A stretch of DNA of 55,971 nt. Source: Hydrurus foetidus (Eukaryota). The stretch spans positions 62,001-117,971 of the forward strand of contig UYFQ01000143.1 in NCBI GenBank assembly GCA_900617105.1. Direction: 5' to 3'. Made by a program: the position numbers and the translations under genes. The number at the start of each line of letters is the position of its first letter. Within the stretch, counting starts at the first letter, position 1. Under the pieces are notes generated by a model. It had not been told where the DNA came from. It did no database searches and was given only the letters and a program-made list of their open reading frames with translations. Shown here one piece after another: positions 37,801 through 51,858 of the stretch.

Positions 37801-40800
37801 ATTACAGTAAAATAGTGGAGCAAATCATAAAGAAGAGAAGAATTTGTACGGAGCACATCAAATGAACAAAACACAGGCCTACTTGCACAAAACCAAGCTG
37901 CACATCACACGACATCCCCTCACCTGAACGCTGATACGAATTTGTTCTGCTGCTCTTCACCGGGTGTGGAGGAGAGCATGTGGGGGGGAGTCACAGACAC
38001 CACAGCTGTTCCGATCTCTATGTGAGGTAACATGGGGTGGGGAAGATGAGTGAGGGGCGAAGGAGTGTTAGGATGGAAAGGGAAGAGAGGAGAAGATAGA
38101 ACTGTTCCTCGCACACAGAGTTCTGTAGAGGCAAAGTTCTGGGGAAAAAGCAGAATCAAATCTCAGACTCAGTCCGTAAGGAACGGTCTGACATGGGTAC
38201 GAGCGGAGTGTGCGCATTGAAGAGCACAGCTCTCACTTGGCAGTGTACAGTTGTCGAAAAAGCAGGTAATAATGGATCATAACGTTAGGAGAAAGGAGGG
38301 AGGGAGAGAGAGAGAGATATATATGTGTGTGTGCACGTATCTCACCGCTGTCCACTAGATCGAGCACCACTGGACTTCTGAGAATCACCAGGTCCAAGGA
38401 ACTTTGAATCTCAATCGTGAGTACGTATGCAGCCAAGTCCTGTTAGTGAAAGAAAAAAGAGAAGGTGAGAAAAAAGAGGAGGGGAGGAAGAAGATGAAGT
38501 CGGGTATAGGAGAGCTCATTGGGTGTAGTGTGTTGAAGGAGAAAATTAGGAAATTGACTACAAAGGAGAAGTTAGACTCTTCCTCTTTCACATCAAATTA
38601 CATCATAGTACATCACATTATATTATACCATATAAAATCACTTCGCATCCCACCACATCGCATCACATCTTATCGGAAACATGATATGCATGGTATCACC
38701 TTATCGAATATAAATTTCGTGATCATGGGGAAGTCAGCTAGTGGCTGTGAGATTCTGCTGGTGGTGGCGTAACTGCACTTCTTGACTTTCTCTTTTTCCT
38801 TATCCACCTGACAAGGCAGTGCAGTGCGTGTTGTGAGGGATTTTAGGCGACAGTAGGGGAAGAGTGAAAAGGGAGAAAGGAGAAGTGAGACAACATAGGC
38901 CCAACATAAGATGAGATAATATAAGATAATATAAGATAAGAGGGTAGTGAGGCAGGGAAAGTGCAGATCGCCCGAATTCAATTAGCATGTAAAGATTGAC
39001 AAGTAGGAGGAGGAGTGAAACGAACAACACTTGTCATTCTCAACACTGTTAAACGGCAGCGTCTAGCATTGCTTCATACTCCCGGATAGAGACGGACATA
39101 GAAAGTGTCGTAGCTGGGAGATACTCGTCTAAACCACTGGGGAGAGGAGAGAAGAACCGACTACACAACACAGCATAGTGTACGTTCACACAAATGTACG
39201 TACCAATTTCCGTAAGTCCTCTAGCTCTTTCTTCAAATGTTTTATACGGTTTTCGTTGTTTACGGTTTGGACGCTTCTTCCGTAATTGTCGTCCTGATAG
39301 TACAAGATTTCGAAAGACCAAAATTAAAATGTTGATGAAAAACGTGAAGTAGCGGTGATGAGATCCGATGAGGGCTTGATTGGTGTAGGATGTTATTGCC
39401 GCTGCACTTTGATGGACAGAGCATTGAAATGATAAGATAAGAACGAAGTCGAATACAAAATCAATGATGCAATGCACAGGGGAGATAGATAGAGACAAAG
39501 AGAGATGGAGATGGTGATCAGTTTGGTAGGTAGTGAGGTAGGTGTGTGGTGTACCTGTGCGCGTTGTAGAACGGGCTCGGCTGTGAAGGACAGGATCTTA
39601 CCGGAATAGGACGCAACTATCACCTGCAATAACATGTGAGATGCAGTGCAGTTTAATTTGATTCAGTGCAGTGCAATGCAGTGCAGTGCAGTGCAATTCA
39701 GTGCAGTGCAGCGCAATACAGTGCAATTCAGTGCAGTGCAGCGCAATACAGTGCAATACAGTGCAGTTACAGTGCAATTCAGTGCAGTGCAGTTCAGTGC
39801 ACAGTGCAGTGCAGCGCAATGTGCAATTCAGTGCAGTGCATACAGTGCAGTGCAGTGCAATACAGTGCAGGTATACAGTGCAATTCAGTGCGGTGTAGTG
39901 TGTATGCACTTTTCCCAAGAGTGATATGCAGTTCGACTGATCGGGAGTGCAAGTATCGCATGTTGATCTCTTCAATCAAAAATATTACAATCCACCCCAC
40001 ACCGATTTTATTGTGATCAGTTGAGATCAGATGGAGGTCATCCTCTATTAGCAACAAATATTTTGATGCCATCTACAAGCATTAGATGCTGTCGCATATT
40101 AAACCATCAGATGGAGCAAGTCAGGTGCATTCGTGACTTTGCTCAAGACGACATAAGAGATAATCAAGACGACATAAGAGATAATCAAGACGACATAAGA
40201 GATAATCTTAGCCCTACGACAGAGCAAATCAAGGAAGTTGGTAGCACTGAAAATGCAATACGATGTCATCAAGATTAATCACACGTGCGAACGGACACAG
40301 TGCATGTACGTACCTCGCAGAAATCGGAAGAGTTAACGAAGCCTACTTCAGTCGATCTTATGCTCTCACCTACCGTCACGAGGAAGGGAAAGAATGGGAG
40401 GTAGAGGAAGGTGCAGATAGGATTAGATATGGCATGATGTAACATAACACGATAAGATATGGCATGATATGACAAGAAGATATATGACACAATATGACTT
40501 ACTAAGATAAGATATGGCATGATATGACAAGATGATGTATGATACAATATGACTTACGAAGATAAGATATGAAACATGGCCAGCATGACAACAACCACTA
40601 CAACAAAGTCTCACCGATCGATTTACTGAATGACAAGTGCACTTTTCTATCCAAGTCCGCGTCTTGCGTGTAGACGTCCAGCCGTCCGTCATCCCTGCCA
40701 ACAATTATCTCGTCCATGCCGTCTCTGGTCAGGTCGAATAGTTTCATGCCTTGTAGGGGAGTGGAGGGAAGGTAGTGTTTAGTAAAGGGAGTTGTGGCGG

Positions 40801-43019
40801 CGCATCACTCAGGACTGAATTACAATGCACAAGATAGCACTGACTCTGCTACAGAATACCACAGTGCACGAAGAGCACATCACAACACCTCTCAGCACAA
40901 CACTTTCCACACTATACAACACAACACAACACAACACTACACCTCTCAGCGCTGCACATCACCTCTCAGCACCACACAACACTACACCTCTCAGCACAAC
41001 ACAACACATCACCTGTCAGCACAACACAACACAACACAACACAACACAACACAACACCTTTCAGCACAACACAACACAACACAACACAACACCTCTCAGC
41101 ACTACACAACACATCACCTGTCAGCACAACACAACACATCACTTGTCAGCACAGCACAGCACAACACAACACAACACCTTTCAGCACAACACATCACCTG
41201 TCAGCACAACACAACACATCACCTCTCAGCACAACACTTTCCACAATACACGACACAACACAACACTACACTGCACTCCACTGTGTGCAGTACTACATGC
41301 CTTCACTCTGTGCAGTACATACGTACGTACATGTGATAGGACTTCTCTTGGCCGTCTCCTCCACCGCCCATAACTGTTTGTGCGACCCGTCCGGTTGCAC
41401 CGTGATAGATGTGATGGATCCGCATTCAGTACCGTATAGAATGTTGCATGCTCCTTTTCTCTGACGTAGATCGCTTCCTAGGAATGCATGGGGAATAGAA
41501 TAGCATAGGATAGGATTGGATAGAGTGGGATACATTATTAGTATTGAATGAAAGAGAGCTCGTCACGTGAAATGTGATGAAGTGTCATGTTAAATGATGC
41601 GATGTGATGTAGCGCATAGCTACGGCAATACAATAGTTATGTCGAAAATAGGAAACATTAGGGGTAGAGAAGAAAAAAGGGTGCACAGAGAGATTGTGTG
41701 TGATGACTCAGCAATTTATCCGTTCTGAATGATTCTGTCAAATATCAGAAAGTGATTGTCATATTCAGCGTAGAACAATTAGTAGTATTTGCGCAGTGCT
41801 GAGGCTTCTTGACAGATTGATGGTTTTGGCGAACGTTCCATTTGAGAGGTAGCCGCTCAGCAAGCTGCAGATATACAAGGCTATTCATCTCGCCACAGAC
41901 TGGTGTCTAAACATGCAGTGTGATTGGATGAAAGGAGTCTACTCTCTAGTTATTATTTTTTGCCTAGTAAGTATGTCAGTCAGTCAGTCAGTGAGTGAGT
42001 CAGTGAGTCGCATCTAGATGATCCACTTAAATTAATTACGTGTGCACATTCATATTCATCCAGCGATAAATATCTCATAGAGTCTGTTCAACACGGAATG
42101 AGGAAGGAATCGACAGCATAGAATGGAATGAGATAGGATTGGAAGAAGCGGTGTAATACCTTTCGAAGCAACAGCAGTGGCCGGACCGGTAGTCGGAATT
42201 TCAGCGACCAAAGATGACCCCTGTACAATACGCAGGCACTTATCCTGGCATGCTAGAACGACATCATAGTCTGTGTCTCTTGAGATGTGATCAACGGTCA
42301 GCGCATTGATTTGATCTCGACACATATAGAACGCTGCGTCCTGTCCGTTATCGTACAAATTATAGATATACTCGCAGCCCGTCCATATTTTTGTATCCTC
42401 CACAGCTATAGTTCGAATGCTCTCTGTTAATGATGACGTCAGCTTGAAAAACTCTTTGCCTTTCTTAGTTAGACCTATTATTCTCTGAGAATGAGCTGCG
42501 AAAATCTGTGCAGGTAGGGTCCGCGAAAAGTATCAAATGTAATAATTAATGCGAGTGATACTTTGAATGGAGCAGGTCAATTAAGAGCTGAGTACTAAAA
42601 TTGCAAACATAGAATCCTCACCTTGTCTTTCTTCTGGACATTACCTCCGATAGCGAGGCATGAGATCGGACCGTCGAATACTTTCGAAAGGAATACAGTT
42701 TGGGGAGCACCCTTTTTAAATTCATAACATCCGACATGCCCAGAGTCGTCGCCAGTGACTAACTTTTGCTATTGAAACAACACCATAGACAGCGAAGATA
42801 TAAAAATGAGTTCGTGATGAAGCGGTTATAGGAGCCATCTCCTCTTTTGATCTGATTGCACTGCTCTGCTAATTCTAATAGATGGATTACAACTACTCTG
42901 CGCAAGAGCAGGCTGATGACCTTGTTTTTCTTCCCAAGTGGGAGCAGCCGTATCGTCCCTGGATTAGATATTGGCACAAGCTGAAGAAGATCTCCGCGTT
43001 CAAGAGTTATCTGCTGCAT
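34827..43019 (-). CDS. BBS7: Bardet-Biedl syndrome 7 protein (BBSome subunit), multi-exon
   Basis: N-terminal exons LVTGDDSGHVGCYEFKKG, GLTKKGKEFFKL, EYIYNLY and VLACQDKCLRIVQGS, and C-terminal GIITDLFVDW, match BBS7 as I recall it. ATG at 43019, TAG at 34827. Confidence 0.92.
35360..35620. repeat. Intronic pentanucleotide microsatellite (TTGTA/CTGTA)n
   Basis: Visible directly. Confidence 0.85.
39641..39900. repeat. Intronic (CAGTG)n degenerate microsatellite
   Basis: Visible directly. Confidence 0.85.
40875..41275. repeat. Intronic (CACAA)n-based compound repeat
   Basis: Visible directly. Confidence 0.85.
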
Positions 43020-43377
43020 TTCGTTGAAATATAGCAAAAACCAAAGTCGATGTCGCCTCAAATAAAACAAAGTACAAAGGAATCTTTCCCTTCACAAGTG
43101 TAAAGCGTCAGGTGACAGCAATTAACAATTTAACCAAGCACACTACTTTGCACTTCACTCTTGACTCATCACTCTTCAATCTTCGATCTTCAGTCTTCAG
43201 TCTTCACTCTTCACTCTTCACTCTTCACTCTTCACTTCCTATTGTGGCTGCTGCTGCTGGCTGTTGTACCTATCATACTGGGTATTCCGTAAGAGAGCCG
43301 CGTGTGTCACATAGCGACAAAATTAATGGTGTACTGAATTAACAGTTTGATGTACTGAATTCAATACTAAAGGTTAC

Positions 43378-43557
43378 GATTAGGATTAGGATTAGGATTA
43401 GGATTAGGATTAGGATTAGGATTAGGATTAGGATTAGGATTAGGATTAGGATTAGGATTAGGATTAGGATTAGGATTAGGATTAGGATTAGGATTAGGAT
43501 TAGGATTAGGATTAGGATTAGGATTAGGATTAGGATTAGGATTAGGATTAGGATTAG
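43378..43557 (+). repeat. Telomere-like (TTAGGA)n tract, ~30 perfect units
   Basis: 180 bp of uninterrupted GATTAG. Confidence 0.95.
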
Positions 43558-44028
43558 TCTATCTTCGGATTAGGATTTTGATCTCCAGATATCGAACATG
43601 CATTTTCAAGTCCATGCAGAAGAGAATCCGCTCATCAAAAAATAACAGTGAGATGCCACAATTGCGTTTTCTCGCATTGGCAACAACATGACTTATTCAC
43701 CGCGATTTTTGTGCAACTGTGTATCGAGTTATGGCTACTGTAAAAAAGAGCTATTTTTGACGATTTTGGAAAACTGTTCTACCAATAATAGGGGACTTGA
43801 CGGTCGTACCGTATAGTTTTCGGACCACAGACCTGACAAACGGGAACACTCTGTTCCTTTTCGTCCCCGCACGGGGAGCGGACAACCAGGCCAACGTTCC
43901 AGGCCAAAAGGCCAGGCCAAAATTGTAGTTCTTGATTAACATATGTAGCAGCGCGTGTGGCAGTGCCAGTAATTGCATGAAATCTACACTTAATCTCAGT
44001 CCGATAATTTCTCTCAATATTTTTTGCG

Positions 44029-47000
44029 ATGGAAGTCACTGCAGAGCTAATCTCTGCTGAAGCTGAAATTGGAATTTCTGTCTTTGAAGAGGCGAAGAAG
44101 AGAATAAATACTGCATTGAAGGAGTTTAAAGAAAACCATATTCCACATACTCGATCACCGTGTCTTCTCTTCGATGGTCTGGAAATGAACACAATGAACG
44201 ATTCAGAAATGAAGACGTTGCATCTTTTGTTCTTGCACTTATGCAGCACGCAGGACCAGAGAAGATGGTCGAGTAAAAGTGGCTACACATCCAAAGGCAT
44301 TCGCGCCTATAGAGGAAAGTGCTCGCGATCAGGGAGTCAGATGAATCTTCTCATCCATCGCAATGGGAGAACGTCATCAAAGTGCAAATGCAAGGCGTCA
44401 TTTACATTATTCAGTGATGGAAAAGTCTTGTTCAAAAGTGATCACTCGGAATTATGTCTTCCTGACCCAGATATGGGCAATGACGGTTATGTTTTCAACA
44501 CTGGACTGTCTCCATCCAAAAGGACATCCATCGTGTCAAATGTAGTCGACTTGCTTAGTGACTACGGCACTACACCTGCAGCAGCAAGAAAACAGATTGA
44601 ACGATCTCTTGTAAAGAGTGGTGTTACCGGATTTGCCGTAGGTTGGTTTCCTAGTGCAAAGCTCTTCCATTTGAATACATGATGATACGAGTAACAATAT
44701 TCACTTTAATCAACACCCCAGGTCAAGTATGTTCCCCCCCCCGCATCTTTCTCGAAAAGTATCATCATGAGTGCAAAGAAATCCTCGGGATTTTCTGCTA
44801 GTAACAACATCGACTCTCTACAAGACTTTCTAAAAAGCATTAAAGATCAGGACCTTCCTCACCGGATACTTTACGACAACGAAAATGACACAATTAAAGC
44901 AATAAGCTTCCACGACCCACAGTGGTTGCCAAGCAATGCTTCCAAGAATCAGCTACAGTTCAATGTAGCTGTCTCGGATGTGACATTTGGCATCACATCT
45001 CCACAGAGTGGGATTAGCAAATGGACCTTTATTACATTACTTACTCCTGGTCATGAAGCCTTCGTCGTTGTTGCATCTGCAATTACACATGAAGATACCG
45101 TTACTTTCATGAACGAAATGGATGTTCTGTTGGATATGTACCCCTCATTAAAACACGATAATTGGGTGCTTATAGTGGATGGAGATCCCGCTAAGTTTAA
45201 GGCGGCCAGGATAAAGTTTGAGCGGGTGAGAATCATTCTTTGCCTCTATCACGCAACTGAAAACATTAAGAAGCATTTTGGATACATGTGTCTGACGACA
45301 GCCACTGAGACTGCAGGTGAGATAAGATTCGCAATAAACATTACTGTTACTGCACTGCGCTCGTCACTTTATCGGCATGCTACTATTCTATTTTGGCAGG
45401 TCGTGTATCATCTTCTACATCAACAGATTCCTCAGCTCTGAAAGATTATTGGATACAATGTGACAGCTGCTGCAAGTGGAGAAAACTGAGCTCCAGCAGC
45501 GACTTTCCGGAGTCTTTCACGTGCGCCTCTGCCGGTCAGTTGGAGCCGTATAATACCTGTGATGCAGATGAGGAGGACAGAATCCGTTTTTCGGATGGTG
45601 CGCTGCATGATGCAAGTAGCAGTGAGGTACTGCAGTTTGATCGTTAATGATGACACTATAACTCACGTCCTACAAATCTTACTCCTCATCAAAATATCTT
45701 ATGTGCTGTAAAGGATTCTGGATTGATCACCGGACTGGATGCAGCACTCACAACTATATCGTGGCATGCTGTATGGAAGTATTTACGGACAGCACCATCG
45801 TTACCATCAGTACGGTCAAGGTTGGATGAAGTACTGGTCAAGTTTCCGAACTCCAAAGTTTATGTAGACTTTTTATGGCGTAATGTCGCAACTTGGGCAA
45901 CATGTGCTTTCACGTGGGAACTGGATTATGGTTTTCAGGCTAGCTCGATGCAAGAAGGTAAGATTACAATTATCATGACCTCAACTTTATTCTTAAACTC
46001 ATTTTTCTTACTATGTCATTTATTTAATTAAAACAGGTATTCACTCCACACTGAAGCACAATCTACGGAGAATGCTACTACCGCTTGATAGAATTTTAAA
46101 TTTCTTTAGGGAGTCGTTAATACGAAGAAAGCTGAATGTCGACAGGAAACATTCAGCAACATCTGTCAAGTCACTACTAGAAGCAACGAGGCGTCTAGGA
46201 TTCTCTAACTTTACGAAACATCTCACGGCATCACTTACTGATGAAGGAATCAAGCTAGCACTCGATCAATTTCAGAGGGGATTTGGGTACAAGGTAGAAA
46301 AATTGCAAAATTCAGTGGACATTGAAAGGGCCTTGTGCACATCTCAGGAGAAGAGGGGACCGTCGGCAGCGAGATTCCGGTGTCTTGTGAAAACTGTGAG
46401 CGAAAGTACTGATGTCGATTGTGTCTTTGCCATCGGTGAGTACTACCAGGTTACTTCCAGAACGATAAATGGCTCAGTGGATCTTGTGTTCATCAGTCCT
46501 AGCGGAGGTATAGCCTGCACATCTCCCTCTTACGCGAGATGGGGGATCCCCAGTAAACACATCTTTGCTCTATTCTATGATGGCAGTATTTCCATCAATA
46601 TGAAACAGTACTTTCATCCTGTATATCACTTGCAATTCATGAACAACATCGCTGTCGATTCAGTATCTCACTACACAGTCGCAAGTGACATACCCAACGG
46701 GAAAAGACAATCGATAGGCCCGTTGGTAAGCTGGAACTGGGCTCAAGGCGCATCTGATGCTGCATGGGAGTTGATCGGCTTGGGAGGAGAAGAATACCGA
46801 GGTGCGGCTCATCCAACTGCCAAATCAATTAGCGAAGCACCAGAAAGTAAAGCAGAAAAGACAAAGAAAGCCCTAAATTATGTCGGGCCTTTTATCAACA
46901 ATAGTATCGAGGAGAGCGAGATATTTTACAGATACTACGAGGGACTAATCAGTCGGTGAGTCGCTTCCTTTGCGATGCTTACAATTCCTCACTGATAAAT

Positions 47001-47209
47001 GAATCCATCATTCTAATAGGAATGCTGCGAAAGCGACTATGGAGTCAAACGCACATCGCCGAAGTTTGGGATCTGTAACTCTGGAGCCGACAGGAGCTTC
47101 AATCAATCCACCTGTGCCCTCTACGTTGCCATCACTTGTAGTCGATAACAGAAGAAAACGTCACATTCCAGCCGTTGAATCGCGAAAAAGAGTACTAAAG
47201 AAAAAGTAG
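44029..47209 (+). CDS. MULE transposase, ~927 aa: FAR1/WRKY-like zinc domain, DDE core with embedded zf-CW, degenerate SWIM, basic NLS-like tail
   Basis: Exons 44029-44637, 44722-45316, 45400-45626, 45714-45957, 46037-46955 and 47020-47209 splice in frame (2784 nt). D(SDVTF), D(VDGD), CLYH, E(SMQEGIHSTLK). Confidence 0.85.
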
Positions 47210-47370
47210 TTGTAGATTGCCTATTCTCTTGCTGTATTTAAATTAAGTTAAGTTCTGTCTCTGCTTTCAATTGATCAACGGAAATAATTTCGATCTAATT
47301 TAAAAAGAACATTGCCTCAACCACTAACGTCCTTTGGCCTTAATGAAAGCTAAAAAATTGATTCAAATCA

Positions 47371-50300
47371 ACTCATTTTCAACATACTAAATGACTACAC
47401 AACACACAATACGACTCACTTTCAACATACTAAATGACTACACAACACACATTACGACTCACTTTCAACATACTAAATGACTACACAACACACATTACGA
47501 CTCACTTTCAACATACTAAATGACTACACAACACACATTACGACTCACTTTCAACATACTAAATGACTACACAACACACATTACGACTCACTTTCAACAT
47601 ACTAAATGACTACACAACACACATTACGACTCACTTTCAACATACTAAATGACTACACAACACACATTACGACTCACTTTCAACATACTAAATGACTACA
47701 CACTTCAACTCACTTTCAACATAACACACTAACACACACACATACGACTCACTTTCAACATACTAAATGACTACACAACACACATACGACTCACTTTCAA
47801 CATACTAAATGACTACACAACACACATTACGACTCACTTTCAACATACTAAATGACTACACAACACACAATACGACTCACTTTCAACATACTAAATGACT
47901 ACACAACACACAATACGACTCACTTTCAACATACTAAATGACTACACAACACACAATACGACTCACTTTCAACATACTAAATGACTACACAACACACATT
48001 ACGACTCACTTTCAACATACTAAATGACTACACAACACACAATACGACTCACTTTCAACATACTAAATGACTACACAACACACATGACTCACTTTCAACA
48101 TACTAAATGACTACACAACACACATTACTGACTCACTCAACATACAAATGACTACACAACACACTTACGATTCCACTTTCAACATACTAAATGACTCTAA
48201 CAACACAATACGACTCACTTTCAACATACTAAATGACTACACAACATTACTTTTCAACATACTAAATGACTACACAACACACATTACGATACGACTCACT
48301 TTCAACATACTAAATGACTACACAACACACATTACGACTCACTTTCAACATACTAAATGACTACACAACACACATTACGACTCACTTTCAACATACTAAA
48401 TGACTACACAACACACATTACGATACGACTCACTTTCAACATACTAAATGACTACACAACACACATTACGACTCACTTTCAACATACTAAATGACTACAC
48501 AACACACAATACGACTCACTTTCAACATACTAAATGACTACACAACACACAATACGACTCACTTTCAACATACTAAATGACTACACAACACACAATACGA
48601 CTCACTTTCAACATACTAAATGACTACACAACACACATTACGACTCACTTTCAACATACTAAATGACTACACAACACACAATACGACTCACTTTCAACAT
48701 ACTAAATGACTACACAACACACAATACGACTCACTTTCAACATACTAAATGACTACACAACACACAATACGACTCACTTTCAACATACTAAATGACTACA
48801 CAACACACATTACGACTCACTTTCAACATACTAAATGACTACACAACACACATTACAATACGACTCACTTTCAACATACTAAATGACTACACAACACACA
48901 TTACGACTCACTTTCAACATACTAAATGACTACACAACACACATTACGACTCACTTTCAACATACTAAATGACTACACAACACACATTACGATACTCTCA
49001 CTTTCAACATACTAAATGACTACACAACACACATACGACTCACTTCAACATACTAAATGACTACACAACACACATTACTTCAACTCACATACATAAATGA
49101 CTACACAACACACATTACGACTCACTTTCAACATACTAAATGACTACACAACACACATTACGACTCACTTTCAACATACTAAATGACTACACAACACACA
49201 TTACGACTCACTTTCAACATACTAAATGACTACACAACACACATTGACTCACTTTCAACATACTAAATGACTACACAACACACAATACGACTCACTTTCA
49301 ACATACTAAATGACTACACAACACACAATACGACTCACTTTCAACATACTAAATGACTACACAACACACATTACGACTCACTTTCAACATACTAAATGAC
49401 TACACAACACACATTACGACTCACTTTCAACATACTAAATGACCACATTCACATACTTCCTTCTTTCAACATACTAACTGACCACAACACTAATACTCAC
49501 TTTCAACATACTAAATGACTACACAACACACATTACGACTCACTTTCAACATACTAAATGACTACACAACACACATACGACTCACTTTCAACATACTAAA
49601 TGACTACACAACACACATTACGACTCACTTTCAACATACTAAATGACTACACAACACACATTACGACTCACTTTCAACATACTAAATGACTACACAACAC
49701 ACAATACGACTCACTTTCAACATACTAAATGACTACACAACACACATTACGACTCACTTTCAACATACTAAATGACTACACAACACACATTACGACTCAC
49801 TTTCAACATACTAAATGACTACACAACACACATACGACTCACTTTCAACATACTAAATGACTACACAACACACATTTGACTCACTTTCAACATACTAAAT
49901 GACTACACAACACACAATACGACTCACTTTCAACATACTAAATGACTACACAACACACATTATGACTCACTTTCAACATACTAAATGACTACACAACACA
50001 CATTACGACTCACTTTCAACATACTAAATGACTACACAACACACACATGACTCACTTTCAACATACTAAATGACTACACAACACACATTACGACTCACTT
50101 TCAACATACTAAATGACTACACAACACACATTACGACTCACTTTCAACATACTAAATGACTACACAACACACATTACGACTCACTTTCAACATACTAAAT
50201 GACTACACAACACACATTACGATACGACTCACTTTCAACATACTAAATGACTACACAACACACAATACGATACGACTCACTTTCAACATACTAAATGACT

Positions 50301-51705
50301 ACACAACACACATTACGATACGACTCACTTTCAACATACTAAATGACTACACAACACACAATACGATACGACTCACTTTCAACATACTAAATGACTACAC
50401 AACACACATTACGACTCACTTTCAACATACTAAATGACTACACAACACACATTACGACTCACTCACTCAACATACTAAATGACTACACAACACATTATGA
50501 CTCACTTTCAACATACTAAATGACTACACAACACACAATACGACTCACTTTCAACATACTAAATGACTACACAACACACATTACGACTCACTTTCAACAT
50601 ACTAAATGACTACACAACACACATTATGACTCACTTTCAACATACTAAATGACTACACAACACACATTACGACTCACTTTCAACATACTAAATGACTACA
50701 CAACACACATTACGACTCACTTTCAACATACTAAATGACTACACAACACACATTACGACTCACTTTCAACATACTAAATGACTACACAACACACATTACG
50801 ACTCACTTTCAACATACTAAATGACTACACAACACACAATATACGACTCACTTTCAACATACTAAATGACTACACAACACACAATACGACTCACTTTCAA
50901 CATACTAAATGACTACACAACACACATTACGACTCACTTTCAACATACTAAATGACTACACAACACACAATACGACTCACTTTCAACATACTAAATGACT
51001 ACACAACACACATTACGACTCACTTTCAACATACTAAATGACTACACAACACACATTACGACTCACTTTCAACATACTAAATGACTACACAACACACATT
51101 ACGACGACTCACTTTCAACATACTAAATGACTACACAACACACAATACGACTACGACTCACTTTACACACACACATTACGACTCACTTTCAACATACTAA
51201 ATGACTACACAACACACATAACGACTCACTTTCAACATACTAAATGACTACACAACACACATTACGACTCTCTTTCAACATACTAAATGACTACACAACA
51301 CACATTACGACTCACTTTCAACATACTAAATGACTACACAACACACATTACGACTCACTTTCAACATACTAAATGACTACACAACACACATTACGACTCA
51401 CTTTCAACATACTAAATGACTACACAACACACAATACGACTCACTTTCAACATACTAAATGACTACACAACACACAATACGACTCACTTTCAACATACTA
51501 AATGACTACACAACACACATTACGACTCACTTTCAACATACTAAATGACTACACAACACATTACGACTCACTTTCAACATACTAAACGACTACACAACAC
51601 ACATTACGACTCACTTTCAACATACTAAATGACTACACAACACACATTACGACTCACTTTCAACATACTAAACGACTACACAACACACATTACGACTCAC
51701 TTTCA
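47371..51705. repeat. 43-bp tandem array, ~100 copies, inside the MULE
   Basis: Unit ACGACTCACTTTCAACATACTAAATGACTACACAACACACA(T/A)T. Some units are 48 bp with an extra ACGAT. No spacers. Confidence 0.97.
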
Positions 51706-51858
51706 TCTTACTGCTGCTTTTGTTGCTGATGATTAGGTTGCTGCTACAAATGGGGCTGTCATAATTGATGCGATTGCTGCTGCTGCAATAGTTGCTGCTG
51801 ATGTGAAAGTTGCAATTTAAATTGCTGTTGCGTCTGATGCATCTGTCAATTATTTAAT

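Noticed and set aside
39598..41373. QCSAV- and HNTTQ-rich ORFs
   Set aside because: They are microsatellite translations within BBS7 introns.
44734..44742. Apparent frameshift at a C9 run in the transposase
   Set aside because: Using the GTAGGT donor at 44638 keeps the frame (VKYVPPPASF), so no frameshift is needed.
47371..51705. 43-bp array as a CRISPR array, with irregular patches as spacers
   Set aside because: Units are head-to-tail with no unique spacers, no cas genes are present and the context is eukaryotic. The irregular patches (e.g. ~47700, 48130-48250, 49440-49500) are corrupted units, possibly consensus errors.
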